Virus record (IMG/VR): IMGVR_UViG_3300037067_013660
Coordinates: 64,001 to 128,000 of that record
Origin: a virus
Taxonomy: Duplodnaviria; Caudoviricetes
Length of the DNA: 64,000 bases
Reading direction: 5' to 3' (one strand)
Shown here: piece by piece, positions 1-9,897 of the stretch
How the letters are laid out: each line of letters begins with the position of its first letter
Position numbering within the stretch: the first letter of the stretch is position 1
Program-made: the position numbers and the translations under genes
Notes under the pieces: generated by a model
What the model was told of the DNA's origin: nothing
What the model saw: only the letters and a program-made list of their open reading frames with translations
The model's database searches: none

Positions 1-1143
1 CACCGTCATGACGGTACCAGCGGCGTAGTCTTGGTCTGAAGGAAACAATTCAGCGACGTCACCAGACCCAGGCGTCAGGGCACCCAGACAATATATATTG
101 CCAGCGGACGTTACACGAAATACACTACCCTGAGTTTCAGTATAGCACCTGATGTGGTTATACGCAGTAGTGATGGGTGTGTTGCTCTTAGTAGTAAAGA
201 TATTGGACGAGGCTACTCGCGTAGTATTGCGATCATACACGTACACCACGTTAGCCGAATTGGACCACGTACTACCCACGGCAGCCAACGCTGCGTACCC
301 CAGGTTAGCAGGATTACCGTAAGCCTGGGTTTCGTGGCCGCCAACAATCGTGTGGATCGCGTAGGTAGTCGCTTCAGACCCACGAAAGTAAATACACTTG
401 ATGTGACCACTGGGTGCACTACTTTCGGTTCTGATGACGTAGTCTTCTTCGTACGGCGCTCCAGTGCTGTAGGTTTCGATCGCGAGCGCGTTGGTACTGG
501 TAAAATCGCCAACGTGTAGACGTGCAGTCGTATCGGTGGCGGCCCATCCACCCCGTACCGTCATGCCGGTCGGATCATAGACTCTAACTTGGGTTGCTCG
601 TAACGCCAAGTTAGTGTAGCCCTTGACCGTCATGCCCTCGTCGCCGTTTACTTGTGTGGACCCTGCGAAAATAGAACCGTAGGGAAGGGTTCCGTTGGTT
701 CCGATGTTGATGCGGGCCGCGTGAGTACCGCCAAGCGACGCCCGAGGTCCGACCGTCAAGGTAGTGCCCTGTAACGTGAAATCGAATATGTCGCGCCCCA
801 CGGTCATGAGTTCCCGCGTCGCGACCGTTACGGGCGGATCCGTCTGGTCTTGTGCGACGCGGAAATAGCGTACGAATCCCAGAGCGGTATCGCCATTGTC
901 TGAGTCGACGAATACGTTGACGTCGTCTGTACCTCGAATGATGTCGGACGTGAGAACCGGGGTGCTGGGCGTCGCGGTCGTGAACGCGATGGTGCTGAGG
1001 ACGGCATCAATTTGCGCGTCCGAGTAATTGGCGGGAATGGCCTCGATCTTCGCGGTGTCGGTGTAGGACGGAATAATACCCGCGTGTACGAACGAACGTA
1101 AAATAGCGCGAACCACGCGCTCCACCATCAGGGGAGACGGCAT
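1..1143 (-). CDS. Tail fibre/tailspike protein, 3' end outside the window, running into a peptidase G2-type intramolecular chaperone region
   Basis: Hand-translated and open from ATG 1143 to base 1 (MPSPLMVERVVRAIL...FRVTSAGNIYCLGALTPGSGDVAELFPSDQDYAAGTVMTV). It is absent from the ORF track because no stop falls in the window. GDVAELF...GTV resembles the autocleavage motif of chaperone-bearing fibres. The late motif lies upstream. Confidence 0.7.
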   Translation of the reverse strand, partial: MPSPLMVERVVRAILRSFVHAGIIPSYTDTAKIEAIPANYSDAQIDAVLSTIAFTTATPSTPVLTSDIIRGTDDVNVFVDSDNGDTALGFVRYFRVAQDQTDPPVTVATRELMTVGRDIFDFTLQGTTLTVGPRASLGGTHAARINIGTNGTLPYGSIFAGSTQVNGDEGMTVKGYTNLALRATQVRVYDPTGMTVRGGWAATDTTARLHVGDFTSTNALAIETYSTGAPYEEDYVIRTESSAPSGHIKCIYFRGSEATTYAIHTIVGGHETQAYGNPANLGYAALAAVGSTWSNSANVVYVYDRNTTRVASSNIFTTKSNTPITTAYNHIRCYTETQGSVFRVTSAGNIYCLGALTPGSGDVAELFPSDQDYAAGTVMTV

Positions 1144-1170
1144 CGTAGACTCCTGACCGTAAACGGGTCC

Positions 1171-1184
1171 TACTATAGATTAAC
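1171..1184 (-). promoter_or_regulatory. Putative late promoter GTTAATCTATAGTA
   Basis: One of five copies of GTTAATCTNTA(G/A)(T/G)(A/G), found upstream of structural or structural-region genes. Confidence 0.65.
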
Positions 1185-1185
1185 C

Positions 1186-1686
1186 CTAGCCAGGGGCACG
1201 TTCCTGCGCCCAGCGTAGGTTATCGTCTAGTTTGGCCTGGAGTTTCAGGGAATCACGTGCCGACGCCAAACGCTGTTGTGCCTGAGTACACAGGATGTCC
1301 AAGGTGGTCCATTGGATCCGTACCTTCACGAGCGTCGGGGCGTACTGGTTTAGTTTCTGTTGTTGCGCTGGACCCGTGGCCTTGTCGGGCAGGTCACCAG
1401 ACCGCGACATGAAACTAAGGAGATGGTGTTCCACGGCCGCGACGACCTGCAGGACACGCTTGGCGTCGTGGTGCAGCGTCACGATGCGGTCCAACCGTGC
1501 CTCGATGGTCGAGACGGCCCGTTGGGCCTGCCGGATGGACTTCGGCTTGTTGAAGTCGATGGTGGTGGGCAAGAGGTCACCAACCGTAAGGTACTGGCGG
1601 ATCTCGTCCAGTTTGGCGTCGTGGTCAGGGTCCCGCAGGTCGTTGGCCCGCGCCTTGATGACGATCAAGAGTTCCGGTAGCTTCAT
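1186..1686 (-). CDS. Hypothetical helical/coiled-coil protein
   Basis: 166-aa ORF on the coding strand, no recognised motif. Confidence 0.65.
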   Translation of the reverse strand: MKLPELLIVIKARANDLRDPDHDAKLDEIRQYLTVGDLLPTTIDFNKPKSIRQAQRAVSTIEARLDRIVTLHHDAKRVLQVVAAVEHHLLSFMSRSGDLPDKATGPAQQQKLNQYAPTLVKVRIQWTTLDILCTQAQQRLASARDSLKLQAKLDDNLRWAQERAPG

Positions 1687-2066
1687 GGTAGTGTTTTACC
1701 ACTGTTTCGCGGCAGTTTTGTATGGACAATCGGGCGGCCGAAACGCCGTTTTCGCGCGCCCTTTCTTTAAGAATTCCGGGCGGGCTCTTCTTAAGAAATT
1801 CCTTCCAAATCCTTCCGCTCTTAATTTTTCTCTTCTTCTCTTCTACCTATCAACAACCTAGCGCCCTCTTTTCTTCTTTCCCTTCCTACTTTCTCAAATT
1901 TTCGTAGAAAATTTCCACCTCACCCCCTACAACAGATTATCTGTTTTCCATTTCCGCCGTATCTAAAATGACGTAGCATCGAATCAGAAACGGCAAAGGC
2001 AACAGGACACAGCCTATTGCACATATCGCGTCAGCGGTTACGGTATACAGACAATGACTTGTTAGT

Positions 2067-2095
2067 ATTATATAGCCAGTCTTATTAGAAGTCAA
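2067..2095 (-). promoter_or_regulatory. Sigma70-type promoter TTGACT-17-TATAAT
   Basis: Near-consensus hexamers, pointing into about 370 nt of non-coding DNA. Confidence 0.7.
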
Positions 2096-2272
2096 GAAGT
2101 ATTTTCAAGAAAATTTAGCCCCAAAAAGCGTCCCCCAGTCCCCTGGTTTCACGTCGTTGTCCTCGGTTTTGTCCGTAGGCATGGTTTTCGTCCTCGTGGT
2201 TGGTTCTGATGGTAAACTACTACGGTACGGGTCTGAACGACACGTCAGGATGGACTAGATTTTGGCAGGAGA

Positions 2273-3901
2273 CTAGGCAAACAGGTGAGCAGGAGGACCA
2301 CGTACCAATAGGTTTGACAGCACTACGGGGTTCTTGATCATTATGAAGTCACGGACGACCCATTCGCGATCTTCTTTGGCACGACGCTTTCGCCACTTCG
2401 TCAACATCAGCGCGACGAATAGTCCGACGACGTGACTCAGGCGCTGACTCCACATCCGCGTAGTCTTGGCCTTATTGACGTACTGTGCGGCTTCTTCTTC
2501 CGACAGGGACCAGAATGGACTCCATCGCACGAGACCTTCGTCGTACAGAGCCATCCGGAGGAAGAAATCCTTGGACTCTGGTTCAATGCCTGACGTCCAC
2601 GGAACCAAGAACATGCCGTGCGCAGGCTTGGATTGATCCAGTGCTTTCTTGATGATCGTGCTCGTAAGTTTTAGGAAGTCGGGATGGAACTTTGTACGGT
2701 ATGGCATCCGTGCGATCGATGGCGTACCTTCCACATAGTTCCATTCGTCTTTCGGTTGTCTCCAGTGGCGCCTTACTGCCCAATATTTGCACGACATGAA
2801 CAGTTTGCGACAACGAGACTCTTTACGCGTAGAGCGATCTTTTATGATCTGTACGGCAGCGTCCCACCAGTTAGCCAAATACCTGTCCATGCACTCGACC
2901 GCGTGGATCGGGATGTCGAACTCGTGGGCGTCGTTTAGGTACCACGCGCGTTCTTCTTGTCCGTTTTGGTCGTGAACAATACGTCGTAACTTGAGACCGA
3001 TGCGCTTTTTCCCATAGCGCATGCCGTCTTCCCAACACCGTAATACATGATCGTAGTGGGCCGCGAGCTTGGGGTCTTTCGGTCGCTCTCCCATGCACTC
3101 CCATGGTCGCTTGGGCTTAATGCCTGCGTCGCATACGACGTCCAACACCTCCCACCCATCGCCCCGGTAGGTACAGTCTTTCCACTGCTCGTTGTACACC
3201 ACGAGACCCGACATAGGCCAGCGGGCCAGCTCCCGACGTTCCCCGATGTCCATGATGTACAGATCGGTAAAGACGCCAGGATTCTTCTGCCCCGCCACGT
3301 AGCTGCCGCAGTAGTTCAGAAGGTTGTAGTAGGCACGGATGTGGTCTGGGTTGTCCATGCAGTAGCGCCATGGACGTGTATGCTGAATGAAAAAGTCGGG
3401 CTTGCGTTTATGTCCCGAGATGCCGGACAATGCACGCATGTCTTGGTCGAGGGCGTCGTGCCAATCCTCGTCTGCTTCCTGTACGTCCAGCTCGTCGGCT
3501 ATGCCTTCTTTCCGCTGCTCAAGAACGTCGAAGTATGCCTCCAGCGCCCCCTCCAGCTCCTCCAGTGAATCGTGCGGATCCATGGCCATGCGGTAGTAGT
3601 AGGGACGGAACCCCTTGGGCGCACGGATCGTATGCGCCATCTCTAGCAAGAGCGTGTGTCCTTGGTGCGTCCTAAACCCCGTATTCATTTGTTCTGGGCA
3701 CCGTTGGAACCAGCGCTCTGTACCGAAGGACTGGAGGATCGGTAGCTCTCGGATGGATCCGAACTCGTACTTGAGTTTCAGGAGGGAGCCGCTGAGTTTG
3801 GCGTTGATGCGGACGTCTGCCCCTTGAGATCGCAACTGTGACTTGTGCAGTGGCGACCAGACAGGTTTGGCCTGTGACGGGCAGTAGTCGTAGCGCGGCA
3901 T
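2273..3901 (-). CDS. Hypothetical 542-aa protein with C-terminal RGPP motif, possibly an origin-binding or replication-initiation protein
   Basis: Long Trp/Arg-rich ORF. It is the last gene of the replication block and is followed by a long compositionally skewed intergenic region. Function is inferred from context only. Confidence 0.55.
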   Translation of the reverse strand: MPRYDYCPSQAKPVWSPLHKSQLRSQGADVRINAKLSGSLLKLKYEFGSIRELPILQSFGTERWFQRCPEQMNTGFRTHQGHTLLLEMAHTIRAPKGFRPYYYRMAMDPHDSLEELEGALEAYFDVLEQRKEGIADELDVQEADEDWHDALDQDMRALSGISGHKRKPDFFIQHTRPWRYCMDNPDHIRAYYNLLNYCGSYVAGQKNPGVFTDLYIMDIGERRELARWPMSGLVVYNEQWKDCTYRGDGWEVLDVVCDAGIKPKRPWECMGERPKDPKLAAHYDHVLRCWEDGMRYGKKRIGLKLRRIVHDQNGQEERAWYLNDAHEFDIPIHAVECMDRYLANWWDAAVQIIKDRSTRKESRCRKLFMSCKYWAVRRHWRQPKDEWNYVEGTPSIARMPYRTKFHPDFLKLTSTIIKKALDQSKPAHGMFLVPWTSGIEPESKDFFLRMALYDEGLVRWSPFWSLSEEEAAQYVNKAKTTRMWSQRLSHVVGLFVALMLTKWRKRRAKEDREWVVRDFIMIKNPVVLSNLLVRGPPAHLFA

Positions 3902-3914
3902 GGTTCCTTAGAGA

Positions 3915-4685
3915 CTAACCATCTTCTTCGGGGTCCAGCATTTGCTCCATCATGACGCCCACGAGGTCGTGCTCGGGGTTGAGTTTCACGGCCTTGACGA
4001 CGTTACCTTCATCGTCCTGGTGGTCGTAGAAGTAGAGGATACCTTCTTGTTCTGCTTCCGACACGAATTTGCGGGCGTCGTCCGAGTTGCAGACCTTCAT
4101 CTGTATCGGTAGTGCCGTGCGGGTCAGGTAACTGAGGCCAACGTAAGGGATCGAGGTCGTCGCGATGAACTTGATGACGGCACGATAGACTTCTGACGCG
4201 TCGACCGTAACGTCTGGTTCAATGATGTGTTCGAGCGGCACGTACACGTTGGCGTTGCGTTTTAGTGGTTCTGTTGCCGTATGCGGACTGATCAATACCA
4301 TCATCCGTACCCAGTACTTTAATCGACGCATTACGCCAATACGATCTGGATTATTGGTCGCGATGATGACGACGTCTGGTGTGTTGCCCGATACAATGTT
4401 TCGATCCAGTATGTCCATGTTGATGTCGGCCCCGCAGATTGAACTAACGTCAAAGCCCAGCCGCTGCCATCCATTGTTTTGTGCGTCGCTTTGGTACAAT
4501 ACGGATTGTTGTATGCGACCAAAATTCATTATCGTCTTAATGATTTGATTTGGTAGGTCTGGTTGTCGCAATACCTCGGGTGGCAAGTCTACGAAGGTGT
4601 TCACGCCGGGCAGCACGTAGATCTTCTTGGCTTTGTCCCTCACTGAGATTCTGGGTTCTGTTTCGTATGACCGCATTTGCTCCAC
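3915..4685 (-). CDS. NYN/LabA-like (PIN-fold) protein with degenerate active site and C-terminal winged helix
   Basis: GADINMDILD, DVVIIATNNPDR (canonical VLVSGDGDF) and ATEPLKRNANVYVPLE follow the NYN pattern. Confidence 0.55.
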   Translation of the reverse strand: MEQMRSYETEPRISVRDKAKKIYVLPGVNTFVDLPPEVLRQPDLPNQIIKTIMNFGRIQQSVLYQSDAQNNGWQRLGFDVSSICGADINMDILDRNIVSGNTPDVVIIATNNPDRIGVMRRLKYWVRMMVLISPHTATEPLKRNANVYVPLEHIIEPDVTVDASEVYRAVIKFIATTSIPYVGLSYLTRTALPIQMKVCNSDDARKFVSEAEQEGILYFYDHQDDEGNVVKAVKLNPEHDLVGVMMEQMLDPEEDG

Positions 4686-7600
4686 CGTCTTTTCTTTTCA
4701 CTTCAGTTTTCGGTTGCCTGGTTATTCCATAAATTCTGATTCCATCGCCTGCATCTATGGCGTTTTCGTCATCGTAGCGTTTTTGCTTCTTCTCCTTTTT
4801 AACTTGTATATCATGAACTAAACTTTCTTCTAAGAAACGAGACGGTGACGACATCGATAAACTACCGTCGCGAGATCTGCGGGCACGCGGCCACGTGAGC
4901 CATAGGCGTTCTTGTGCCCGCGTCACCGCAACGAAAAATATGCGACGTTCTTCTTCGTAGTGCTGTCGTATGTCGTCTGACGTCATTGTTTGCCCAGGTT
5001 CTCCCCTTGGGTATAGAGGAGTCGCACCTTCAACGCAGCCGATTACGAATACGTTTTTGAACTCCAGTCCTTTGGCAGCGTGTGCTGTCAATAACGTCAC
5101 ACTGTTGGGGTCTTTGTCTTTTTCGTCCTGCTGCATTAGTTGTGTATGCTCAAGGAAACCTCGTAAACCTTTGTGTCGTTTCTTCTTGTCTTTGGTATCG
5201 TCGAACTGATTGGCTGCATTGACCAATTCATATAGGTCTTCGATCACACGGTCGCGATATTTTTCGTCTCTGATGTTTTCGGCGTAACCAAGGTATCCGC
5301 TGTTTTTGAGAATCGCCTCGATGATGGGACCGGCTTTACGTTGGTCCATACGACGCCATTGTGCGAACACATCTCGTAGGCGGCGGAATCCATCGGCTGC
5401 CGACGCCAGCATACCGCATTTATCATAGAGTCGTTTGCCCAGCGCGACGAACAGTCTTGTGTCCTCGACTTCAGCCGCACGATTGAACGCAGCGAAACTA
5501 ACGGCTCCGATGCCCCGCGTTGGTTTATTGACGATGCGGGTAAAGGACGTATCCTCCTGTGGGTTTACAAGGAGACGAGCGTATGCTAAGATATCTTTGA
5601 TGGCGGCACGGTTGTAGAACGACAGTGAGCCAACGACGCGGTATGGTATGTTGCGTCCAACCGCCTCGTCTTCGATGGCACGACTTAGACTACGGATCCT
5701 ATAGATAATGGCGAAGTCACGCCAGTCGTCTTTACCTAGCTTTACCATGTCGCGGATCGTATTGATGACGAATCGTGTTTCGTCTTCCGTTGTTTTCAGT
5801 CCGTAGGATTTAGGTGTTTCGCCCTTTTGTTTGTGCGTCACGATGGTTTTGTCGGGACGATTAGTATTGTGCGCGATCAGTGCGTTCGCGACGGCCGCGA
5901 TGCCCGGCACACTACGGAAATTGGTCTGTAGCGTATAGGTCTTGGTTTCTGGAAATACTTTGTAGAAACGTTCTGTGTTGAGAATGTCGGCACCGCGCCA
6001 CCCATAAATAGAATTGTGTACTAGAACATTATTCGCACAGTAGTTCCGCAACTCTGGTATAGATAAATCATACACGTAACCATCGTAATGCACCCTTTTG
6101 ACGGATATTATTTTTTCGTCTCGTACTTTACTGTCTAGCTGTACCACTGGTACGGTAATCCCTGGAAAAGCGTTACCTATGGGCATAAAATCATACGTTT
6201 TATCCTCAGTAAATTTAGCAGTACGCATAATATTTGCGTTTACGTTTTCTGCGACATGTCGTACCTCTTCGTATAACTTATCATAGTCTTTTAGTGATTT
6301 TTGTATTTTCCATCGAAATCTTGGATTTCTATTCGTTACGTGCCCGCCTAGGCGTTTACCAGCACTTACCCACAGATTTTTACTTGAACTGTGTAGTGAT
6401 AATGTATGTCCATGCACAACAGTTCCATACTCACCCTTACATTTGCGTCCTTGTGCAAACATAGAAAAATGTGCTGTGGTTCTGTGCGCCGTACTGCCGC
6501 CACTCGCTGTGTAGTGCGGATACTCAAATGACAGTCCAAGTTGTTCAAGACATTTACTTGCTCTGTATTTTGTGTCTATATTTGCGAATAGGTGATCTAT
6601 ACCTTCCTGTGTTATATTTATGTTTCTACCGCTACTGTAAAAGCATACAAGAGGTATTCCATAGCGTGTAGCTAAAGTTGCTTCCCATTCGGCCGCTTCA
6701 TTTTTATCGTTACATACGCGAAGAATCCAAGTTCGATCTGCGTGCTCTTGCCGCATACGTACAATGGGACCAAACGCTGATTTACCATTACCCTGACTAC
6801 GATACGATTTACACCATCCAATACGACAACCTACGTCTTCTTTGTACATTAGGTACACGTAGAACTTGTCGTCAGCATTTGTCGGTAGTTTGCCAAAAAT
6901 GCAGTGTTCAGGTGTGCCTCGTACGACCCTGTTTGATTCTGTTATTATTTCAATCAAATCGCCAACATATTTTCGTTTTGCCACTGCAGCAACTTTACCG
7001 TATGCAGTGTATCCATATCCGCTACCACCCAATACCCAATCTTTCTTTCTGATGGTTTCAATTGGGCGCGTACCATTGTTCGTGGTAATTGGCGTACCTG
7101 CAGGTAAGCATTGATCAGTATCCCCAACGATAAACACGTTGCCTCGCTGTTGCGTCAACAGCCGAACCAATTCAAACTGTGAGAAGTTCGTATCCTGCCA
7201 CTCGTCTACCAGCATGTGGTGAATATTATGATTGTAGAACTTCTGTAATGATTCGTTGCGCCGCAACCCCAACACCGTCTTCATGATGAGGTCGTCGAAG
7301 TCCAGCATACCGTCGTGTACCAGTCGTCGCTGGTACTCTCGGTAGTACGGGATGTACTCGGGAAACCGAGTATTGGATTCATTCAGGTCGTCTGGGGTTC
7401 GAACGTAGTCTTTGTGTCCAGAGATCCAACTGCGAACGTACCGTACGTTCTCCTCGTTTTCTTCTGGGTTCCGCCGCATTTGTCGCGCTACCGTCGCGAT
7501 CGCAATTTTCGTCAACTCGTTGGCGTCGCCTTCGTCTGCGATCGTAAAGTTGCGCGGTACGCCGTACTGTTTGAAGTTGGCACGCAGTAGCGTAGCGCAA

Positions 7601-7881
7601 AACGAATGGAACGTCGAGAGCCAGACGTGGCGACCCGCACCCCCGACGAGACGCTGGACCCGCTCCTTCATTTCGCCCGCCGCCTTGTTCGTGAACGTCA
7701 CGCCCACGATGTTGGTAGGGCTGACGCCGTGCTTGATCAGGTAGGCGATGCGCTTCGTGATGGTCGAGGTTTTGCCCGAACCTGCGCAACTCATCACCAT
7801 GGCGGGGCCCGCGAGATGCAGGACCGCGACACGCTGCTCTGGCGTCAGCCCTTTTAGGATGTCTAGGCATTCCAGACTCAA
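4537..7881 (-). CDS. uvrD: UvrD/PcrA-family SF1 helicase containing an intein
   Basis: Motifs CAGSGKT, VTFTNKAA, VDEWQD, GDTDQ/SIYGWRGA, NFRS, TAHAAKGLEF and EERRIFFVAVTRA. Confidence 0.95.
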   Translation of the reverse strand: MSLECLDILKGLTPEQRVAVLHLAGPAMVMSCAGSGKTSTITKRIAYLIKHGVSPTNIVGVTFTNKAAGEMKERVQRLVGGAGRHVWLSTFHSFCATLLRANFKQYGVPRNFTIADEGDANELTKIAIATVARQMRRNPEENEENVRYVRSWISGHKDYVRTPDDLNESNTRFPEYIPYYREYQRRLVHDGMLDFDDLIMKTVLGLRRNESLQKFYNHNIHHMLVDEWQDTNFSQFELVRLLTQQRGNVFIVGDTDQCLPAGTPITTNNGTRPIETIRKKDWVLGGSGYGYTAYGKVAAVAKRKYVGDLIEIITESNRVVRGTPEHCIFGKLPTNADDKFYVYLMYKEDVGCRIGWCKSYRSQGNGKSAFGPIVRMRQEHADRTWILRVCNDKNEAAEWEATLATRYGIPLVCFYSSGRNINITQEGIDHLFANIDTKYRASKCLEQLGLSFEYPHYTASGGSTAHRTTAHFSMFAQGRKCKGEYGTVVHGHTLSLHSSSKNLWVSAGKRLGGHVTNRNPRFRWKIQKSLKDYDKLYEEVRHVAENVNANIMRTAKFTEDKTYDFMPIGNAFPGITVPVVQLDSKVRDEKIISVKRVHYDGYVYDLSIPELRNYCANNVLVHNSIYGWRGADILNTERFYKVFPETKTYTLQTNFRSVPGIAAVANALIAHNTNRPDKTIVTHKQKGETPKSYGLKTTEDETRFVINTIRDMVKLGKDDWRDFAIIYRIRSLSRAIEDEAVGRNIPYRVVGSLSFYNRAAIKDILAYARLLVNPQEDTSFTRIVNKPTRGIGAVSFAAFNRAAEVEDTRLFVALGKRLYDKCGMLASAADGFRRLRDVFAQWRRMDQRKAGPIIEAILKNSGYLGYAENIRDEKYRDRVIEDLYELVNAANQFDDTKDKKKRHKGLRGFLEHTQLMQQDEKDKDPNSVTLLTAHAAKGLEFKNVFVIGCVEGATPLYPRGEPGQTMTSDDIRQHYEEERRIFFVAVTRAQERLWLTWPRARRSRDGSLSMSSPSRFLEESLVHDIQVKKEKKQKRYDDENAIDAGDGIRIYGITRQPKTEVKRKDGGANAVIRNRTQNLSEGQSQEDLRAARREHLRRLATRGIATTRPTKSNH
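6013..7110 (-). mobile_element. Intein (366 aa) in UvrD with a GIY-YIG-like endonuclease region
   Basis: GDTDQ|CLPAGT...YVYDLSIPELRNYCANNVLVHN|SIYG, with block B TPEH and internal FYVYLMYKEDVGCRIGWC. Visibly AT-richer than the flanks. Confidence 0.9.
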
Positions 7882-8036
7882 ACTGCCAACCTCCCGGTTA
7901 ACGAGTTGCTGGATTTCCGTCGTCGTTGATCCCGCTGGTGTGTCATCACGACAGTATTAGTCTTACTAGATCTCTTACGGTAGCTCGTAGCCTCGGGCTT
8001 GTGTATTCTCATTGCTTCTCGCTCTAAAAAGTATGT

Positions 8037-8297
8037 CTACTGGCTTCGCCACTGTCGCTCCGCTTCTTCCACCAGGGCCCGCAGTTTAGTTAAGTCGCGT
8101 TCGGTTGGCTTGTAACCGAAGATCGATTTGTAGCGTTGCTGCAGGGCTCGGCGCTGCAACTCCGTTTCGGAAATCTCGCGCTTGGGCACAGGTTTTTCCT
8201 CTTCGATCTTGACGACGAAATGTTGGTCCGTGACGTTGACGTGCTGCTGGTACGCCTCTTCGTACTGCTCGTCAAACTGTTGCTTCTTCTTAGCCAT
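8037..8297 (-). CDS. Small hypothetical protein
   Basis: MAKKKQQFDEQY..., start moved to the ATG just after the upstream stop. Confidence 0.6.
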   Translation of the reverse strand: MAKKKQQFDEQYEEAYQQHVNVTDQHFVVKIEEEKPVPKREISETELQRRALQQRYKSIFGYKPTERDLTKLRALVEEAERQWRSQ

Positions 8298-8302
8298 GGA
8301 AC

Positions 8303-8854
8303 TCAAATCCCTTGCTTCCAGAGTTTCGCGTAAAATTCGTACGCGGCGTGGTCGGCCACTGGGGCCGAGTGTTGTTGATCCATCTTGTGTCGTACGATCC
8401 ATAAATAGTCAAAGACGCCAACGCCAAAGCGTAGGAGCCGAACGGCAGCGTCGTCGTACAGCACTTTCATTTGTCGAAACTTGACGTCCGTGGGCTCCGA
8501 ATAACTCAACGACACGTACCGCGTGTAGCCGTGAATTATGGGGGCGCCACTAAACATCAATACGTAACCTACGGGACGATTGCGTCCACCTTCCTGGCCA
8601 TTCACGCAGAACAGTACCACATTTTCGTGCTCGTGCAAAGAGGCTAGGTGTGGCTTCTCTTTACCAACGAATCGTTTCTGCAAAACCGCATAGGAACTCT
8701 GCCCCACGGTCGTGACGATGTTGTCGTGGAGCTGATTCCAATGTTTGCGGAGATGGCGTGTTAGTCGGCCGACTGGTCCCCCAGCATCATCGCCACGTAC
8801 TCGATCTGGCTGTCGTCCGTCTTGACGAGGATTCGGAGAAACTCTTTGTTCCAT
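8303..8854 (-). CDS. Hypothetical protein (start uncertain, probably near 8760)
   Basis: Fills the gap in the operon. Confidence 0.5.
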   Translation of the reverse strand: MEQRVSPNPRQDGRQPDRVRGDDAGGPVGRLTRHLRKHWNQLHDNIVTTVGQSSYAVLQKRFVGKEKPHLASLHEHENVVLFCVNGQEGGRNRPVGYVLMFSGAPIIHGYTRYVSLSYSEPTDVKFRQMKVLYDDAAVRLLRFGVGVFDYLWIVRHKMDQQHSAPVADHAAYEFYAKLWKQGI

Positions 8855-9897
8855 GATTCTACCGTCAGGGGCACCGACTTGGGCGCCACCTTGATGAATT
8901 CCTCAAAGTAACTAGACCGCACGATAATTTGAGCCGTCCCCCTGGCCTTGAGGTTCGCGACCTCCATTCTGTAGACGGCGGCGTTGTCTTGCGCGTACTG
9001 TTTTAGGATCGCGCCCTTTTCCTTGTTGGCCAGGATCTCCATCTTGGCCTTGACGTCCTTGCGGCTACTCACGGGCTTGACGGACTCGATCGCCTTCTTG
9101 GCCTCGGCCTGCATGATGTCGAAACGGCAGTCAAGTTTCTTCTTATCCGCCGTGATGGTTTCGATCATCTTGTCGGTGTCCATGTGTTCTTTATCGACGG
9201 TCGGGTGGTAGCAGTCGAAGTCCTTGGTCGCCAACTGCACGATGCTCCCGTCCTTCGATAACCCGATCGTTACGACGTCACCCGCCACCTCCGTGATGAT
9301 TTTGCTGAGGAGCGTGTCGCCCAGCGTGAAGTGGAACTTCTGCTTGGCCTTGATGGCGTCGGACGTCATGCAGAAACGCCCGCACGACAAATGGTCGATG
9401 CCCGCGTACTCGAAAGAATTGGCGTCGATGGAGATCTGGACGGTGTAGCCGTCCTTGATCTCACTCTTGTACGTCGCGAACTCAGCACCCGATTGCAGGG
9501 CGGTTCGGGGGATTTTCGCCAACGCCGAAATCTTTGCGACGGCACCACGCTGTTCCTTGATTTCAGCCTCGGCACTTTCGTGCAGGGCCCAGACGTACGA
9601 CGCCTTGCCGTCTGAAAACTTTACCTTGTCCTTGGCGGCGTCGATCGTGACGTTGCCCGTCAATTTCATGCGGGCCAAATCTTGGATGTTGATGCCGAAG
9701 GATCCTTCCCGCAGCAGTTGTGCGGGACAACGCTTCGCCACGTAGGCACCCATGCGGGCCGATACGATCTCTAGCGATTCTTCCGAGATCGACAGCATGC
9801 CGGGCTGTAGGTCATCGTCGCCTTGGCCGAAACCCTGTACTGCCCCCACGGTCTTGATGGCGGACATCAAGAGACCAGCGTCTACTTTTGCCTTCAT
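8761..9897 (-). CDS. dnaN: Divergent DNA polymerase III beta sliding clamp
   Basis: 378 aa with three repeated alpha/beta domains. The N-terminus MKAKVDAGLLMSAIKTV...LEIVSARM...LLREGSFGI parallels DnaN. Replication context. Confidence 0.7.
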   Translation of the reverse strand: MKAKVDAGLLMSAIKTVGAVQGFGQGDDDLQPGMLSISEESLEIVSARMGAYVAKRCPAQLLREGSFGINIQDLARMKLTGNVTIDAAKDKVKFSDGKASYVWALHESAEAEIKEQRGAVAKISALAKIPRTALQSGAEFATYKSEIKDGYTVQISIDANSFEYAGIDHLSCGRFCMTSDAIKAKQKFHFTLGDTLLSKIITEVAGDVVTIGLSKDGSIVQLATKDFDCYHPTVDKEHMDTDKMIETITADKKKLDCRFDIMQAEAKKAIESVKPVSSRKDVKAKMEILANKEKGAILKQYAQDNAAVYRMEVANLKARGTAQIIVRSSYFEEFIKVAPKSVPLTVESWNKEFLRILVKTDDSQIEYVAMMLGDQSAD

